Positions 38,663 to 48,610 of a stretch of DNA of 64,000 bases are shown piece by piece. How positions within the stretch are numbered: position 1 is the first letter of the stretch; every line of letters begins with the position of its first letter. The position numbers and the translations under genes were made by a program. This stretch comes from Candidatus Omnitrophota bacterium (GTDB lineage: Bacteria > Omnitrophota > Gorgyraeia > Zapsychrales > Fredricksoniimonadaceae), in contig JADFXX010000011.1 in the NCBI GenBank assembly GCA_015233335.1, forward strand, positions 165 to 64,164, given 5' to 3'. The notes beneath the pieces were generated by a model. That model was not told the DNA's origin and made no database searches. It saw nothing but the letters and a program-made list of their open reading frames with translations.

Positions 38663-39643
38663 CTAACGGCGAATACGTTCCCGAGCTGCATCCTGGGATC
38701 GCTGAATATTCTCATCATAAAAAGGACAGGCCTGACAAGCCTTATACATCTTTTGGACATGACCGTATTTGCCCAAAAGACGGATATCCATCATACGCTT
38801 AGATGACCAAAGTTTCTTAAGGGTTACTTTATCAAAAACACCCAGCGGCATGCGATGAATAAGACAACAGATGCTAATAAACCCCTCTGAATTAACTATC
38901 ACATAAAACCACCCGTTCAAACACGCAGGGGGCGTCCTTTTTCCTTCAGATTTTAAGCCCGCCTGGGGTGTATCGGGCAATGCGATCCCACGGCTATGAT
39001 CATGCACATCCATTCTTTTAAAATAGACTGAATTGACTCCCAGTTGAGATGCCAATTTTTGCATCTTTTGTTTTTGTCTAATATTAACGGTATTGACAAT
39101 ATACACAATCTCGATGCAAAACCCCTTTTTGCCTGCATCCCGCAGAGAAACAAGCCGCTTGATATTCTTGACCACACGGGCAAAAAGATCTTTCCCATGC
39201 AGCTTACGATACTGTTGCCGGTCGACTGCGCTTAGATTAACAACCACATGGTCCCCTTGGATCACATCTGAACAGAAATCCAACGGAAAAGTTGCGTTCG
39301 TGAATAATTTAACTTTTAAGGGCTGCTGTTTTAAATGCCGCATCATGTCCCGGAACAACGGGTGTAACGTCGGCTCTCCCGCACCTGTGATATGGATCTG
39401 GTCCACATGTAATTCAACACAATCCCGGACAATCCCAAGGAATCTTTTCCATGGAAAAAAACGGGCTTTGTCAAAATGGGCCGGATTTCCGGGTCCATGG
39501 GTCCAGCAATAACGACAACTGAGATTGCATGCGTTGTTAATATCCAAAGCAACTACTTCGGGGCCTATGCAAACCCGTCTTTCACTCGCCCCGGCGAGGC
39601 GTTTTAAATACCGTTGTTTAAGCTCTCCCTGGTCAATGATCAT
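38663..39643 (-). CDS. radical SAM / SPASM-type enzyme (paralog A)
   Basis: 326 aa. CNLSCRYC cluster and GAGEPTL. C-terminal ACLNGWFYVIVNSEGFISICC...CQAC auxiliary-cluster pattern. Confidence 0.8.
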   Translation of the reverse strand: MIIDQGELKQRYLKRLAGASERRVCIGPEVVALDINNACNLSCRYCWTHGPGNPAHFDKARFFPWKRFLGIVRDCVELHVDQIHITGAGEPTLHPLFRDMMRHLKQQPLKVKLFTNATFPLDFCSDVIQGDHVVVNLSAVDRQQYRKLHGKDLFARVVKNIKRLVSLRDAGKKGFCIEIVYIVNTVNIRQKQKMQKLASQLGVNSVYFKRMDVHDHSRGIALPDTPQAGLKSEGKRTPPACLNGWFYVIVNSEGFISICCLIHRMPLGVFDKVTLKKLWSSKRMMDIRLLGKYGHVQKMYKACQACPFYDENIQRSQDAARERIRR

Positions 39644-40617
39644 AAAAGACTTGCCTTTACGGCTTTCGCCAGTTTAACATTCTCGTCATAAAAAGGGCAG
39701 GCCCCACAGACCTTATACATCTTTTGAATATGGCCGTATTTTCCTAAAAGCCGCATGTTCATCATACGCTTTGACAACCAAAGTTTCTTCAGGGACCATT
39801 GATCAAAATCCCCAAGATATTTGGAGTGAATGCGGTAACAAGGGCTGACATCACCATCTGCCTTGACGATCATATAAAACCAGCCGTTCAAACAGGCAGA
39901 GGGGGTTCTTGGGGCGTTGGGCTGTACGCCTAATTGTGGCCCCTTAGACAAAGCAATTCCCTTGTTGTAGGCATGCACATCCATTTTAGTAAAATGGACC
40001 ATACCCACGCCGAGACGGGCGGCCAAATTCCGCATTTTTTGTTTTTGTTTGATATTAAAAGCATTCATAACAACATTAATTTCAATTAAAAATCCGGGCT
40101 TGCCGGCATCACGCAAGGCAACAAGCTGTTGGATATTCCTGATGACACGGCTAAAGAGGTCTTTCCCATGTAACCTGCGATACTGTTGTCGGTCGACCGC
40201 ACTAAGATTGATCACCACATGGTCCCCTTTGATCACATCTGAACAATACTCCAACGGGAAAGTCGCATTCGTAAATAATTTTACCTTGAGCGGCCGCTGT
40301 TCTAGATGCCGCATCATGTCCCGAAACAACGGGTGAATCGTCGGCTCTCCTTTTCCCAAAATATGGATCTGATCAACACTCAAATCAACACAATCACGGA
40401 CTGTCTTTAAAAACTTCTCCCACGGGAAAAAACAGGCTTTGTGAAAATGGGCCGGATTTCCGGGTGCATGATGGCCCTCACAATACTGACATCTGAGATT
40501 ACATGAGTTACTGATATCCAAAACAACCGTCTGAGGGCCGATATAAGCCCTCCCGTCCCGCACACCCTTCATCCGCTTTAAATACCGCCGTTTGAGTTCA
40601 TTAGCATCAATGATCAT
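39640..40617 (-). CDS. radical SAM / SPASM-type enzyme (paralog B)
   Basis: 325 aa, colinear with paralog A (roughly two-thirds identical by eye). CNLRCQYC. The tail is ACLNGWFYMIVKADGDVSPCY...CGAC. Confidence 0.8.
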   Translation of the reverse strand: MIIDANELKRRYLKRMKGVRDGRAYIGPQTVVLDISNSCNLRCQYCEGHHAPGNPAHFHKACFFPWEKFLKTVRDCVDLSVDQIHILGKGEPTIHPLFRDMMRHLEQRPLKVKLFTNATFPLEYCSDVIKGDHVVINLSAVDRQQYRRLHGKDLFSRVIRNIQQLVALRDAGKPGFLIEINVVMNAFNIKQKQKMRNLAARLGVGMVHFTKMDVHAYNKGIALSKGPQLGVQPNAPRTPSACLNGWFYMIVKADGDVSPCYRIHSKYLGDFDQWSLKKLWLSKRMMNMRLLGKYGHIQKMYKVCGACPFYDENVKLAKAVKASLL

Positions 40618-41578
40618 AAAACGCCCCCCATCCTTTTCTGGATGAAAACAGCCAGGTATTAGTCTCTTTCATCCTCTGATACTGGGAGCATTGCGTACAG
40701 GGGATATCCTTTCTCTCTTTTTTTCTGCCCAACAACATGGTTCTGGCATAATTCATTCTTTCGTTATTTAAAATCCCGATCAAATCTCCCTGAAATACGT
40801 TGCCGTAATCACCCCAATAGTTTGCACAACATCCCAGCACTCTGCCGTCACTATTGATCTGGGGCTGGATCCATAATTGAGAACATTTCCTTTGGCCTCT
40901 TCCATCAGCTGTTATGCCTCCCCTCGCCGAGAACAGCCTGGCCATTTTTCTGACACGTTCAGTATTTTTCACCCCAGAAAATCCCCCTCCGGAAGGTTTT
41001 AAATAAAATTCCATCCCCAGCGAACGCGCCATTTTCCAGGCTTTTGGGATTTCATGTTCATTATGTTTAAAGACAAGAAATTGCCAGAGCAGTTTGGGCA
41101 GAACCGAACGGTATTTGACCTTAAATTCATTGATTTTTCTGATATTGGCAATAACGGTCTTAAAATCACCTGCCCTCCTGTAGATCTTATATGTTTCGGG
41201 ACTCCCTCCGTCGATCGAAAAAGAAATTACCCCAAATTGATACTTCACCACCCCCTCCAGCATTTCTTCTTTGACGGTATTAGAATTTACCCCTGTAGCC
41301 GCATTTAACACCACTCTCTTTTTAGCGGCATATTCCGCGATCTTCATCAGATGGGGATTTAAGAAAATCTCCCCCCAGTTGCTTAACTCAATGGCGCGAA
41401 TCCAGGGATTCGCATCCACGATTTTCTTGAAATCCTCAAATTTGAGAAATTGTGCCCCCAGATTCTTGGCAATCAGACCAAGGGTATTGGGGCAGGACGG
41501 ACATTTCAATTGACAAACGGTTGACGCATCCAAACGTATTTTAGACGGGACGATCTTCATAGCAGGGCCTCCCGTCAC
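40607..41578 (-). CDS. radical SAM / SPASM-type enzyme
   Basis: 323 aa. CQLKCPSC. Tail CSQLWIQPQINSDGRVLGCC...CTQC. Confidence 0.75.
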   Translation of the reverse strand: MTGGPAMKIVPSKIRLDASTVCQLKCPSCPNTLGLIAKNLGAQFLKFEDFKKIVDANPWIRAIELSNWGEIFLNPHLMKIAEYAAKKRVVLNAATGVNSNTVKEEMLEGVVKYQFGVISFSIDGGSPETYKIYRRAGDFKTVIANIRKINEFKVKYRSVLPKLLWQFLVFKHNEHEIPKAWKMARSLGMEFYLKPSGGGFSGVKNTERVRKMARLFSARGGITADGRGQRKCSQLWIQPQINSDGRVLGCCANYWGDYGNVFQGDLIGILNNERMNYARTMLLGRKKERKDIPCTQCSQYQRMKETNTWLFSSRKGWGAFYDH

Positions 41579-42467
41579 CCGGAAAATGGATCACTTGATA
41601 ATCCAACTTAAGGTTCCCTTCGTTGCAGTCCTTACAGCTGGTATTGCGGCTCTTATTTGTCAGGCAATTCGTGACAAACCTTGAATAAGCGCCTGTCTTG
41701 AGGATTTCCTCAAGGGTCGTCTCGAAGATATTGCCCAATTGATATTTCTTGATATCCTGCCCGACGATATAACAGCAAGGGATCACGGTGCCGTCCGAAT
41801 TAATGACCAACTCTTCGCGGGGCTTGAAACAAACCTTCTTGGGCCTTGTGCCGGCATACCGGTTATAATCATTATTCTTAGGCAACAGGTAACTCCATTT
41901 TGATTTCTTAATCAACACCGTTTTTAACCTTAATGTATCGACCCCCCATTTCTCCGCCCAAGTCTTTATAGAAGCGATTTCCTGCTCATTATGCCTCATG
42001 ATGATAAATTGAATCTCTATCTTAAGACAGCTTCGGGCCTTGTTGCGGATGGTGACAAGCCGTTCGATATTTTGAACGACCCTTTTGAAGTTTCCTCCTA
42101 TCCTAAACTCCCTATAGGCGCTCTGGGAAGCTCCGTCTAAAGATATGCTGATGCAATCTAACCCGGAATCAACCAACGCCATTGCTTTCTGCCGCGTCAG
42201 CAACATTCCGTTGGTCGCCACCTTAATATACTTAATGCCCGCATTCTTGGCATATCGGATCATCCCGCAGATCGATCGGCTAAGCAGGGGTTCCCCATAA
42301 TTATAAAGACTAAGATGGCTGATATGGTCAATATTACGATCGATCAGTTTAATAAAGTCCTTCAAAGATATGTCATTTTTGGCCCGTCCGTCCTGATGGG
42401 AAAAACAGGTCGAACATTTTAAATTGCACCTGTTTGTGATCTCTACCATAAGCCGGACCTTACGCAT
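41541..42467 (-). CDS. radical SAM / SPASM-type enzyme
   Basis: 308 aa. CNLKCSTC and YGEPLL. Tail CFKPREELVINSDGTVIPCC...CKDC. Confidence 0.8.
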   Translation of the reverse strand: MRKVRLMVEITNRCNLKCSTCFSHQDGRAKNDISLKDFIKLIDRNIDHISHLSLYNYGEPLLSRSICGMIRYAKNAGIKYIKVATNGMLLTRQKAMALVDSGLDCISISLDGASQSAYREFRIGGNFKRVVQNIERLVTIRNKARSCLKIEIQFIIMRHNEQEIASIKTWAEKWGVDTLRLKTVLIKKSKWSYLLPKNNDYNRYAGTRPKKVCFKPREELVINSDGTVIPCCYIVGQDIKKYQLGNIFETTLEEILKTGAYSRFVTNCLTNKSRNTSCKDCNEGNLKLDYQVIHFPGDGRPCYEDRPV

Positions 42468-44597
42468 TCAATTATTCTCCGTGCAGTATTCGTTATACCC
42501 CTGTTTGCATGTCCGACACGGCCCTGTTCCTTCTGTCGCGCTATGGATGAAGTTATAAAACCCGTCGGAAACAACAACATCACACAAATCCTGGCTGATC
42601 ACGTTACCCCAAGGGTTTTTGTTATCATCCTGAAAACAGCAGAAAGCGATGTCCCCGTTGGGATTGATGCGTAGTTGACTTTTAGGGATCATACACTTGC
42701 TATTTTGGGATAAAAACATTTGTCTCATACGGCTGTGATATTCCTGACTTTTGGACAAAAGATTGGAAAGCACATACCGGGCACTTTTGTCTTTAAATTC
42801 ATTATAAAAAGGCGTTACCCTGACCTTGGTCCCTGATTTAATACATTCCTTAAAAATTAATATCAGTTCATCAAAATAAAAAGACTTAAGCTGCTTAGCC
42901 GAGAAGGTGAACTTATGCGCTTTGGCCTTATGCATGCTGGCATCCACCAGATTAAATGATATAGAATCAATATGCCCGGCGAGCAAGGGCACAATTTGAT
43001 GCAAACTTTTATAATTATCCGGTCTGATCGTCACGTTGATATGCGGCTTGATTTGGCCTGCTGAAAGCGTCCTTATGGTTACCATCGTCTCTTGGAATGC
43101 TCCTGTCCTCCCTCTAATGCGATCATGAACAGCGGCATCAGAGGAATCCAGGGAAATATCCGCCATATCAATGTGCCCCATGAGCTCTTTTAATAGTACT
43201 GGTCGAATACACCCATTCGTTGATAAAGACACACGAAATCCGTTATCTTTAATATATTTTAAAATATTCTTTATATGAGGCAGAAGTGTCGGCTCCCCTC
43301 CGGTCACATTAATGATCTTAACCCCGGCGATCCTGGAGCGCAGAATCAATCTTCGAAAAACAGCCTCCGGCAACACACCGGATTGCCTTTTCCAACTGCA
43401 CATATCACAATTCAAATTGCATTTTGAATTGATCCTGATCTTTAAATATTTCATCCCGCAGGCCACATCTAACAGACGGGCAGTGACCTGGGCGCCTTGC
43501 ATGGGGGCCGGATAAACAGCTTTAGGGCGCCCCATACAACTTAAAATCTTTTCGACCAATTCTTCGTCAGAAAGCGGCTCCTTCAGGAGTTCGACATATT
43601 CCTTGAACCATTGCGCTCTTTTCATTTGTTCCCCATCAGACAACCTGGGAAAAATCATGGTCCGAGTGCCGGTGAGCAGGGCATTATTGATCGAATTATA
43701 CCCCCCCATCGAGATGGAAAGATCTGCCGCCGCCACATACTGCAAATAATCGGCATCAAACCGAACGATCACAATATCTTGACAGCCTTTAACTCTTTTC
43801 TTCAAAATATGGTATTGAGCCACACTCATATTAGGGCCTGTTGAAATCAGGAAGGAGTTAGGGATACCTCGATCCAGCAGCTTTTTGATACTAATTAACC
43901 GCTCAACAGTTTTTTCTCCGTCAATACCTCCCCCGACGCTTATCACGATCCATTTCCGGCCCACCACATGAAATCTCCTCCGTATGGCGGGTGTCTTGCT
44001 TAAATCCTTGCGCAGGTTCATGGCAACTCTGCCCGTCAAAAAAAGTTTATTCTTCAATTCTTCCGGCTGCTTGAAACTTGTAAGGAACCCCATTTCTTTA
44101 TCGGAATGGACCAAAATGCCGTCGAACAAATCCAAATGCCGCAAAAGGCTGTCAACATCGACCTTTTGGTCAATAATTTCCCTGACGGATGAATAAATTC
44201 TGCAGCCGTCAGCGCGAAGAAGACCTATGAAAGAGCGGATCTCGCCCGCTAAAGAGGCCCTTCCAAACGGAAAATGTTCAAATACGGCGACATCCGGTTT
44301 AAATTTCTCCCGGACTTTATTTAAAATGACCCCTCTCTTTTTAAATCTGTCAGCAACCCCCTCATCAGACTTTAATCCGCCAAACAACCCGTGTTCCGCT
44401 TCGAAAAATGGAAGATTGATGACCCATGCATATTTCTCAATGCCTAATTCCGGCTGCCTCTTTCCGCTATTAATCACCACTATTTCGCAATGATTCAACT
44501 CTTTAAGTGCCTTGCAGATGGCCGCGATCCTGGTGCCATGCCCAAGCCCGCCAAAATGATGATAATAAAAAAGCACCCTGCCCCGCTCTTTAAGCAT
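42468..44597 (-). CDS. fusion protein: GT-B glycosyltransferase (MurG/GT28-like) + radical SAM/SPASM domain
   Basis: N-terminal half FYYHHFGGLGHGTRIAAICKAL...FEHFPFGR...MGGYNSI. C-terminal half CNLNCDMC, TGGEPTL, and tail CMIPKSQLRINPNGDIAFCC...CRTC. Start M17 (44597) is preferred because it removes the overlap with the upstream stop. Confidence 0.7.
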   Translation of the reverse strand: MLKERGRVLFYYHHFGGLGHGTRIAAICKALKELNHCEIVVINSGKRQPELGIEKYAWVINLPFFEAEHGLFGGLKSDEGVADRFKKRGVILNKVREKFKPDVAVFEHFPFGRASLAGEIRSFIGLLRADGCRIYSSVREIIDQKVDVDSLLRHLDLFDGILVHSDKEMGFLTSFKQPEELKNKLFLTGRVAMNLRKDLSKTPAIRRRFHVVGRKWIVISVGGGIDGEKTVERLISIKKLLDRGIPNSFLISTGPNMSVAQYHILKKRVKGCQDIVIVRFDADYLQYVAAADLSISMGGYNSINNALLTGTRTMIFPRLSDGEQMKRAQWFKEYVELLKEPLSDEELVEKILSCMGRPKAVYPAPMQGAQVTARLLDVACGMKYLKIRINSKCNLNCDMCSWKRQSGVLPEAVFRRLILRSRIAGVKIINVTGGEPTLLPHIKNILKYIKDNGFRVSLSTNGCIRPVLLKELMGHIDMADISLDSSDAAVHDRIRGRTGAFQETMVTIRTLSAGQIKPHINVTIRPDNYKSLHQIVPLLAGHIDSISFNLVDASMHKAKAHKFTFSAKQLKSFYFDELILIFKECIKSGTKVRVTPFYNEFKDKSARYVLSNLLSKSQEYHSRMRQMFLSQNSKCMIPKSQLRINPNGDIAFCCFQDDNKNPWGNVISQDLCDVVVSDGFYNFIHSATEGTGPCRTCKQGYNEYCTENN

Positions 44598-45696
44598 TCT
44601 TGATTCCTCGCAGGACAGCGCAAACACGTTTGAGCTGACCGTCACTCAGACCAAAAAAAGAAGGCAATAAAAGCACTTGACCGGCGATCGTTTCAGACAC
44701 TGGCAATTTTTGTCTATGGCCATAAAAACGATCAAAGGGCTTTGACAAATGAAGCGGGACATATCCCGGCTTTGTCTCAATTCCTTGCTTCAATAAGCGG
44801 TCCCTTAACGCGTCCCTATTTTTAGCTAAAATAAAATAATCCCGGTACACAGGCCGGCTATCCTTCATTGGAACGGCTTTCTTTATTGTGCCGCTGACGA
44901 TGAAAGTGTCATACCGGCTTGCGATTTCCCTCTTTTGATCATTGACCATATCTAAAATTGCAAGTTTCTTCTGGATAATGGCGGCCTGAATAGCATCCAT
45001 GGTGCAGGGGGTCCTTCTTCCTTCAAGTGCGGTTTGGGTCGGACTTTCAGGAGTCAAAAATTGCTCTATTTTTCTGCAAAGGTCCTTATCATTTAATGCA
45101 ATAAAGCCGGCGTCTCCGATGCCGCCCAAATTCTTGGAGGTATGCAGACTAAAACACCCGATACCAAAAGACCCTGCTTTTTTCCCGTGGATAAGCGCAC
45201 CGTGGGCCTGACTGGCATCTTCTACTAGAGCTATCTTATGTTTCATGCAAATCTTCTGAATTTTTTTAATATCACAGCATAAGCCGTGGATATGGACCGG
45301 GATCACGACCTTTGTTCTGGAAGTTATGAGAGATTCAATACAATCAGGATCAATCGTTAAATCATTAAATTTTATATCGGCAAAAACAGGCTTTGCCCCA
45401 AGGTTGGTGACCGCGAGGGCTGTCGCAACATAAGTGTAGGTCGGGATAATAACTTCATCCCCTGCTTTGACACCTAGAGCGCTCAATGATAGCTGTAGCG
45501 CCGTTGTTCCGGAATCAACCGCAACCCCAAATTTTGTCTGGAAATATTGCGCGAGCAGTTGTGTAACAGAGGCGACATACTGCTCATGCTCACCGGAATT
45601 CCTTAAACTTATGACCCGGCTGACCTCAAGAAGGATTTCTTTCTTTATCCCGCCGGGGATAAGCGAATAATCGATATAAGGAACACATGTGCCCAT
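44590..45696 (-). CDS. DegT/DnrJ/EryC1/StrS-family PLP aminotransferase
   Basis: About 368 aa from M17. DSGTTALQLSL, EDASQAHG, and the PLP-Lys context FSLHTSKNLG. Confidence 0.8.
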   Translation of the reverse strand: MGTCVPYIDYSLIPGGIKKEILLEVSRVISLRNSGEHEQYVASVTQLLAQYFQTKFGVAVDSGTTALQLSLSALGVKAGDEVIIPTYTYVATALAVTNLGAKPVFADIKFNDLTIDPDCIESLITSRTKVVIPVHIHGLCCDIKKIQKICMKHKIALVEDASQAHGALIHGKKAGSFGIGCFSLHTSKNLGGIGDAGFIALNDKDLCRKIEQFLTPESPTQTALEGRRTPCTMDAIQAAIIQKKLAILDMVNDQKREIASRYDTFIVSGTIKKAVPMKDSRPVYRDYFILAKNRDALRDRLLKQGIETKPGYVPLHLSKPFDRFYGHRQKLPVSETIAGQVLLLPSFFGLSDGQLKRVCAVLRGIKNA

Positions 45697-45719
45697 AGGA
45701 CCCTTTCGTTCGAATATGA

Positions 45720-46580
45720 TTAATGCCCCCGGGACATGATCCACCCCAAAAAAGGAGTATAGCTCAACAAGCAGCCCATAAACAATAGCGGGGCAAACGG
45801 AACACGATCGTTAGATTTAGAAAGATACCTTGTCCCTCTGTACAATATAAAAGAAAAAGCCGAATAGATGAGGACATGACTAAAATAAAACAGGATATTC
45901 TTCCATAAAAAAAATCCGGGCAAAAACTCGTATCGAAGGAACAACCCGGCAGCAAACACCGTTAAAATAAAAAGCTTATGATCGATCAACCTGCTTATCT
46001 TTAGGCCTAAAGAAATGTTGATGATATAAATAACTAAAAAAGAAAAAATGCCATATTGGGTCAACCGGAATGCGTGAAACAATGGAAAGACCATCCATGA
46101 GACACAGCTCGTCACGAACGTAACTCTAATAATACTTAGGATCGAATCCTTAAAGATAATCTCATGTACAAGTTTTGGTTGAGACACAAGGTCTTTGATC
46201 AATAGCACGCTAAGAATAATAAGTCCCAAAATAAATGCATTGGCAAAAAGCGCTATGCTCGGAAAATAAATTCTTGACTCATAGCCGGTGACCGGCATCA
46301 GGGAAGAAAATACGACAAAAAGCTTCGCATCCCCCGGACGCCACAGGTCACACTTGTAAAAAACCCCTGCGATGATGACTGCCGAAAGAATACTTGATAT
46401 CTGCAGCATCGAGAACGATTTTTCCGACAATCCGCGGGCAATCGTGAAAACCACAGTCACGACCACTATCACGATCAAATGGTTATTTCTGATCTTTTGA
46501 TGCCGCAAATCGGTAACGGTCGTAAAAATGCCCGTAATGATAATAAGCACGAATGAAAATAGGTTATGATCAAACCCCAT
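45720..46580 (-). CDS. A24-family prepilin-peptidase-like aspartyl protease (TadV/CpaA type, no methyltransferase domain)
   Basis: 286 aa, polytopic. First Asp motif TDLRHQKIRNN (compare DxxxxxIPN). Second Asp motif RPGDAKLFVV (compare GxGDxKL). C-terminal VPFAPLLFMG (compare IPFGPFL). Confidence 0.6.
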   Translation of the reverse strand: MGFDHNLFSFVLIIITGIFTTVTDLRHQKIRNNHLIVIVVVTVVFTIARGLSEKSFSMLQISSILSAVIIAGVFYKCDLWRPGDAKLFVVFSSLMPVTGYESRIYFPSIALFANAFILGLIILSVLLIKDLVSQPKLVHEIIFKDSILSIIRVTFVTSCVSWMVFPLFHAFRLTQYGIFSFLVIYIINISLGLKISRLIDHKLFILTVFAAGLFLRYEFLPGFFLWKNILFYFSHVLIYSAFSFILYRGTRYLSKSNDRVPFAPLLFMGCLLSYTPFLGWIMSRGH

Positions 46581-47442
46581 AGGTCAAGACAGAGTGCTCC
46601 CTGTTCACAAATCCCCTTTTAAAATCAAAGATCGAATCTTTCCCGTTGTTCCCCGTCCCCAGTACCAGCTTTGTAAACCCTATCGATTTAAACCTCAACA
46701 TCATGTCAGATACCATTAAATGCTTGGCATATCGTTCATAACCTTCATCAGACATGCCGCCATAGGTCATAAACACATGATCTAAATCCTGCAATAACAA
46801 CGACACCGCAAAAATTTGATCGGCTTGGCGTACAACTCCTATAATCAGATGGTCCCTTAAAGATTTGAACATCTGCTCAAAAAATGCATAGGCATGAGGT
46901 TGGACATCCATCTGTTCCTGACGGGCCTGATAATAATCATAAAAAATATTAAGATACTTCCTCCCGTCGTCAGAATACACAACCTTAAGCCCGCTCTCAT
47001 CCGCTTTGCGGATACACCGGCGATGTTGTTTACTGAGCGCGGCATCAAGCTCTTTTGAAGGCCGGGTCAAATCAATAAATACAAAAGGCTCTTCTTTGAT
47101 TAACGTCCCGACTTTAATAGTGCTCAAGAACGGATGGTTTCTCATCTGATAACTCCGAACCCCTTCTGTTTGAAAATATTCCGTCAACTGGGCCACGACA
47201 TCCGCACAAAATGCCTGATCCGGACAATTGGTCACAACCCCGCCATAATGCAATCCTCTTAGCGTATCGTCCGTGCGGCTAAAGACAAACGCGGCAGCCC
47301 CCAAAGAGTCCCGATACGCAAACAATTTCGGGTCGGAAAAATATAAATTAGAAAAATCCCAGGAGCAAAAAACAGTGCTAATCCCTGTTTCTGACATCCA
47401 GGAATCCCAGTTATTCTTTTCTTGAAGTATTTGATACCTCAT
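46570..47442 (-). CDS. FemAB/CelD-like GNAT-fold (aminoacyl/acyl) transferase
   Basis: 290 aa. Overall pattern (KQHRRCIRKADESGLKV; C-terminal FDFKRGF) resembles Acetyltransf_6/FemAB proteins. Assignment is from memory only. Confidence 0.4.
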   Translation of the reverse strand: MRYQILQEKNNWDSWMSETGISTVFCSWDFSNLYFSDPKLFAYRDSLGAAAFVFSRTDDTLRGLHYGGVVTNCPDQAFCADVVAQLTEYFQTEGVRSYQMRNHPFLSTIKVGTLIKEEPFVFIDLTRPSKELDAALSKQHRRCIRKADESGLKVVYSDDGRKYLNIFYDYYQARQEQMDVQPHAYAFFEQMFKSLRDHLIIGVVRQADQIFAVSLLLQDLDHVFMTYGGMSDEGYERYAKHLMVSDMMLRFKSIGFTKLVLGTGNNGKDSIFDFKRGFVNREHSVLTYGV

Positions 47443-48560
47443 TCACGGGATATTTCAAATGTGCGATGCCCCTTGAGCGCATCGTTAACTGATAAAAAAG
47501 TAACGGCATCAATTTCAATCATTGTTGCAATATCTTTTGGAGAAAATATTTTCCCTGTCCTTGTGTTGTAAGAAAAACACACCCTCCGGCAACAGCTTCC
47601 CGGGGTCGTTTGCCGACAGTCTGTTTTCACATCTTGACACAGTCTGTATTTTGAAAATGTCTCCATCTTTTTGATATCTACACCGGTGTCAATGTGCCCG
47701 ATAGAGAATTTTTCGACCAACTGGGGATGATTATAATGCATAACCACTTTGCATGCATACGCCCTGCCGTCCGGCATAAAAACAGGTTCGCTTCCAAGGC
47801 GGCAAGAAGCCAAATTGTCAAAAAATTCTCTGTGCAAGACCCTCTCAATATCTTTCTTGATCGGGTGAATCTGGATACCGCGGTTTCCGGTCTTGAGAAG
47901 TTCCAAATAAGACCGCGTTATCTTATTGATACTGTCCCTATAAGATTGGACCTGGGTCCTGCTCCAAGGCAGACCAAACACCGGTAAAATGTGTATGCTC
48001 CTAAACCCTCTTTTAAGAAGCTCCCCGATCCTCTTATCAAGATCTTGGGCCAAAGCCGGATGAACCGTGCACTTGATCGCCGGAGGGCCATAATATTCTT
48101 TATAAAGTTCAATGTTGCGAAGGATCTGATCAAATAAAGCTTTGTTCTTTATTCTGAACTTATTGTGCCTGAATTGGACGCCATCCAGGCTAAAAGACAA
48201 TTTTATCCCTTCTTCTTTCAAACACATCAACATTTCTTTGTTAAGCATAATACCGTTGGTCGGGATATCTTTGATCGAGATCTTTTTGCCCGGATTAATA
48301 CGGTGCAGAAAATCCTTGATCCCGACCAGCAAATCAGCGCTCAACAGGGGCTCGCCCCCTAAGAAATTGATGAATTTTTCCGGGCCGTTCTGGTTGACAA
48401 ACCAACGCATGATCTTCTCAAGCCGGCCTCGATCTATAAAAGAATTGTTCTTTCTAACATAACAATAATCACATGTTAGATTGCACTTCGTATTTAAATA
48501 AATGGTCACAGAATCCATAACAAGCCCTTTACGGGTGTCCGTATGATTCAAATAAACCAT
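47439..48560 (-). CDS. radical SAM / SPASM enzyme, anSME-like peptide/protein-modifying type
   Basis: 373 aa. CNLTCDYC and GGEPLL. C-terminal CRLGSEPVFMPDGRAYAC...C...CCRRVC. Confidence 0.75.
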   Translation of the reverse strand: MVYLNHTDTRKGLVMDSVTIYLNTKCNLTCDYCYVRKNNSFIDRGRLEKIMRWFVNQNGPEKFINFLGGEPLLSADLLVGIKDFLHRINPGKKISIKDIPTNGIMLNKEMLMCLKEEGIKLSFSLDGVQFRHNKFRIKNKALFDQILRNIELYKEYYGPPAIKCTVHPALAQDLDKRIGELLKRGFRSIHILPVFGLPWSRTQVQSYRDSINKITRSYLELLKTGNRGIQIHPIKKDIERVLHREFFDNLASCRLGSEPVFMPDGRAYACKVVMHYNHPQLVEKFSIGHIDTGVDIKKMETFSKYRLCQDVKTDCRQTTPGSCCRRVCFSYNTRTGKIFSPKDIATMIEIDAVTFLSVNDALKGHRTFEISRE

Positions 48561-48610
48561 CCCAAAGCTTTGACATAGATTATTTTCTCATTTTTTGCTA
48601 CATTAACAGC

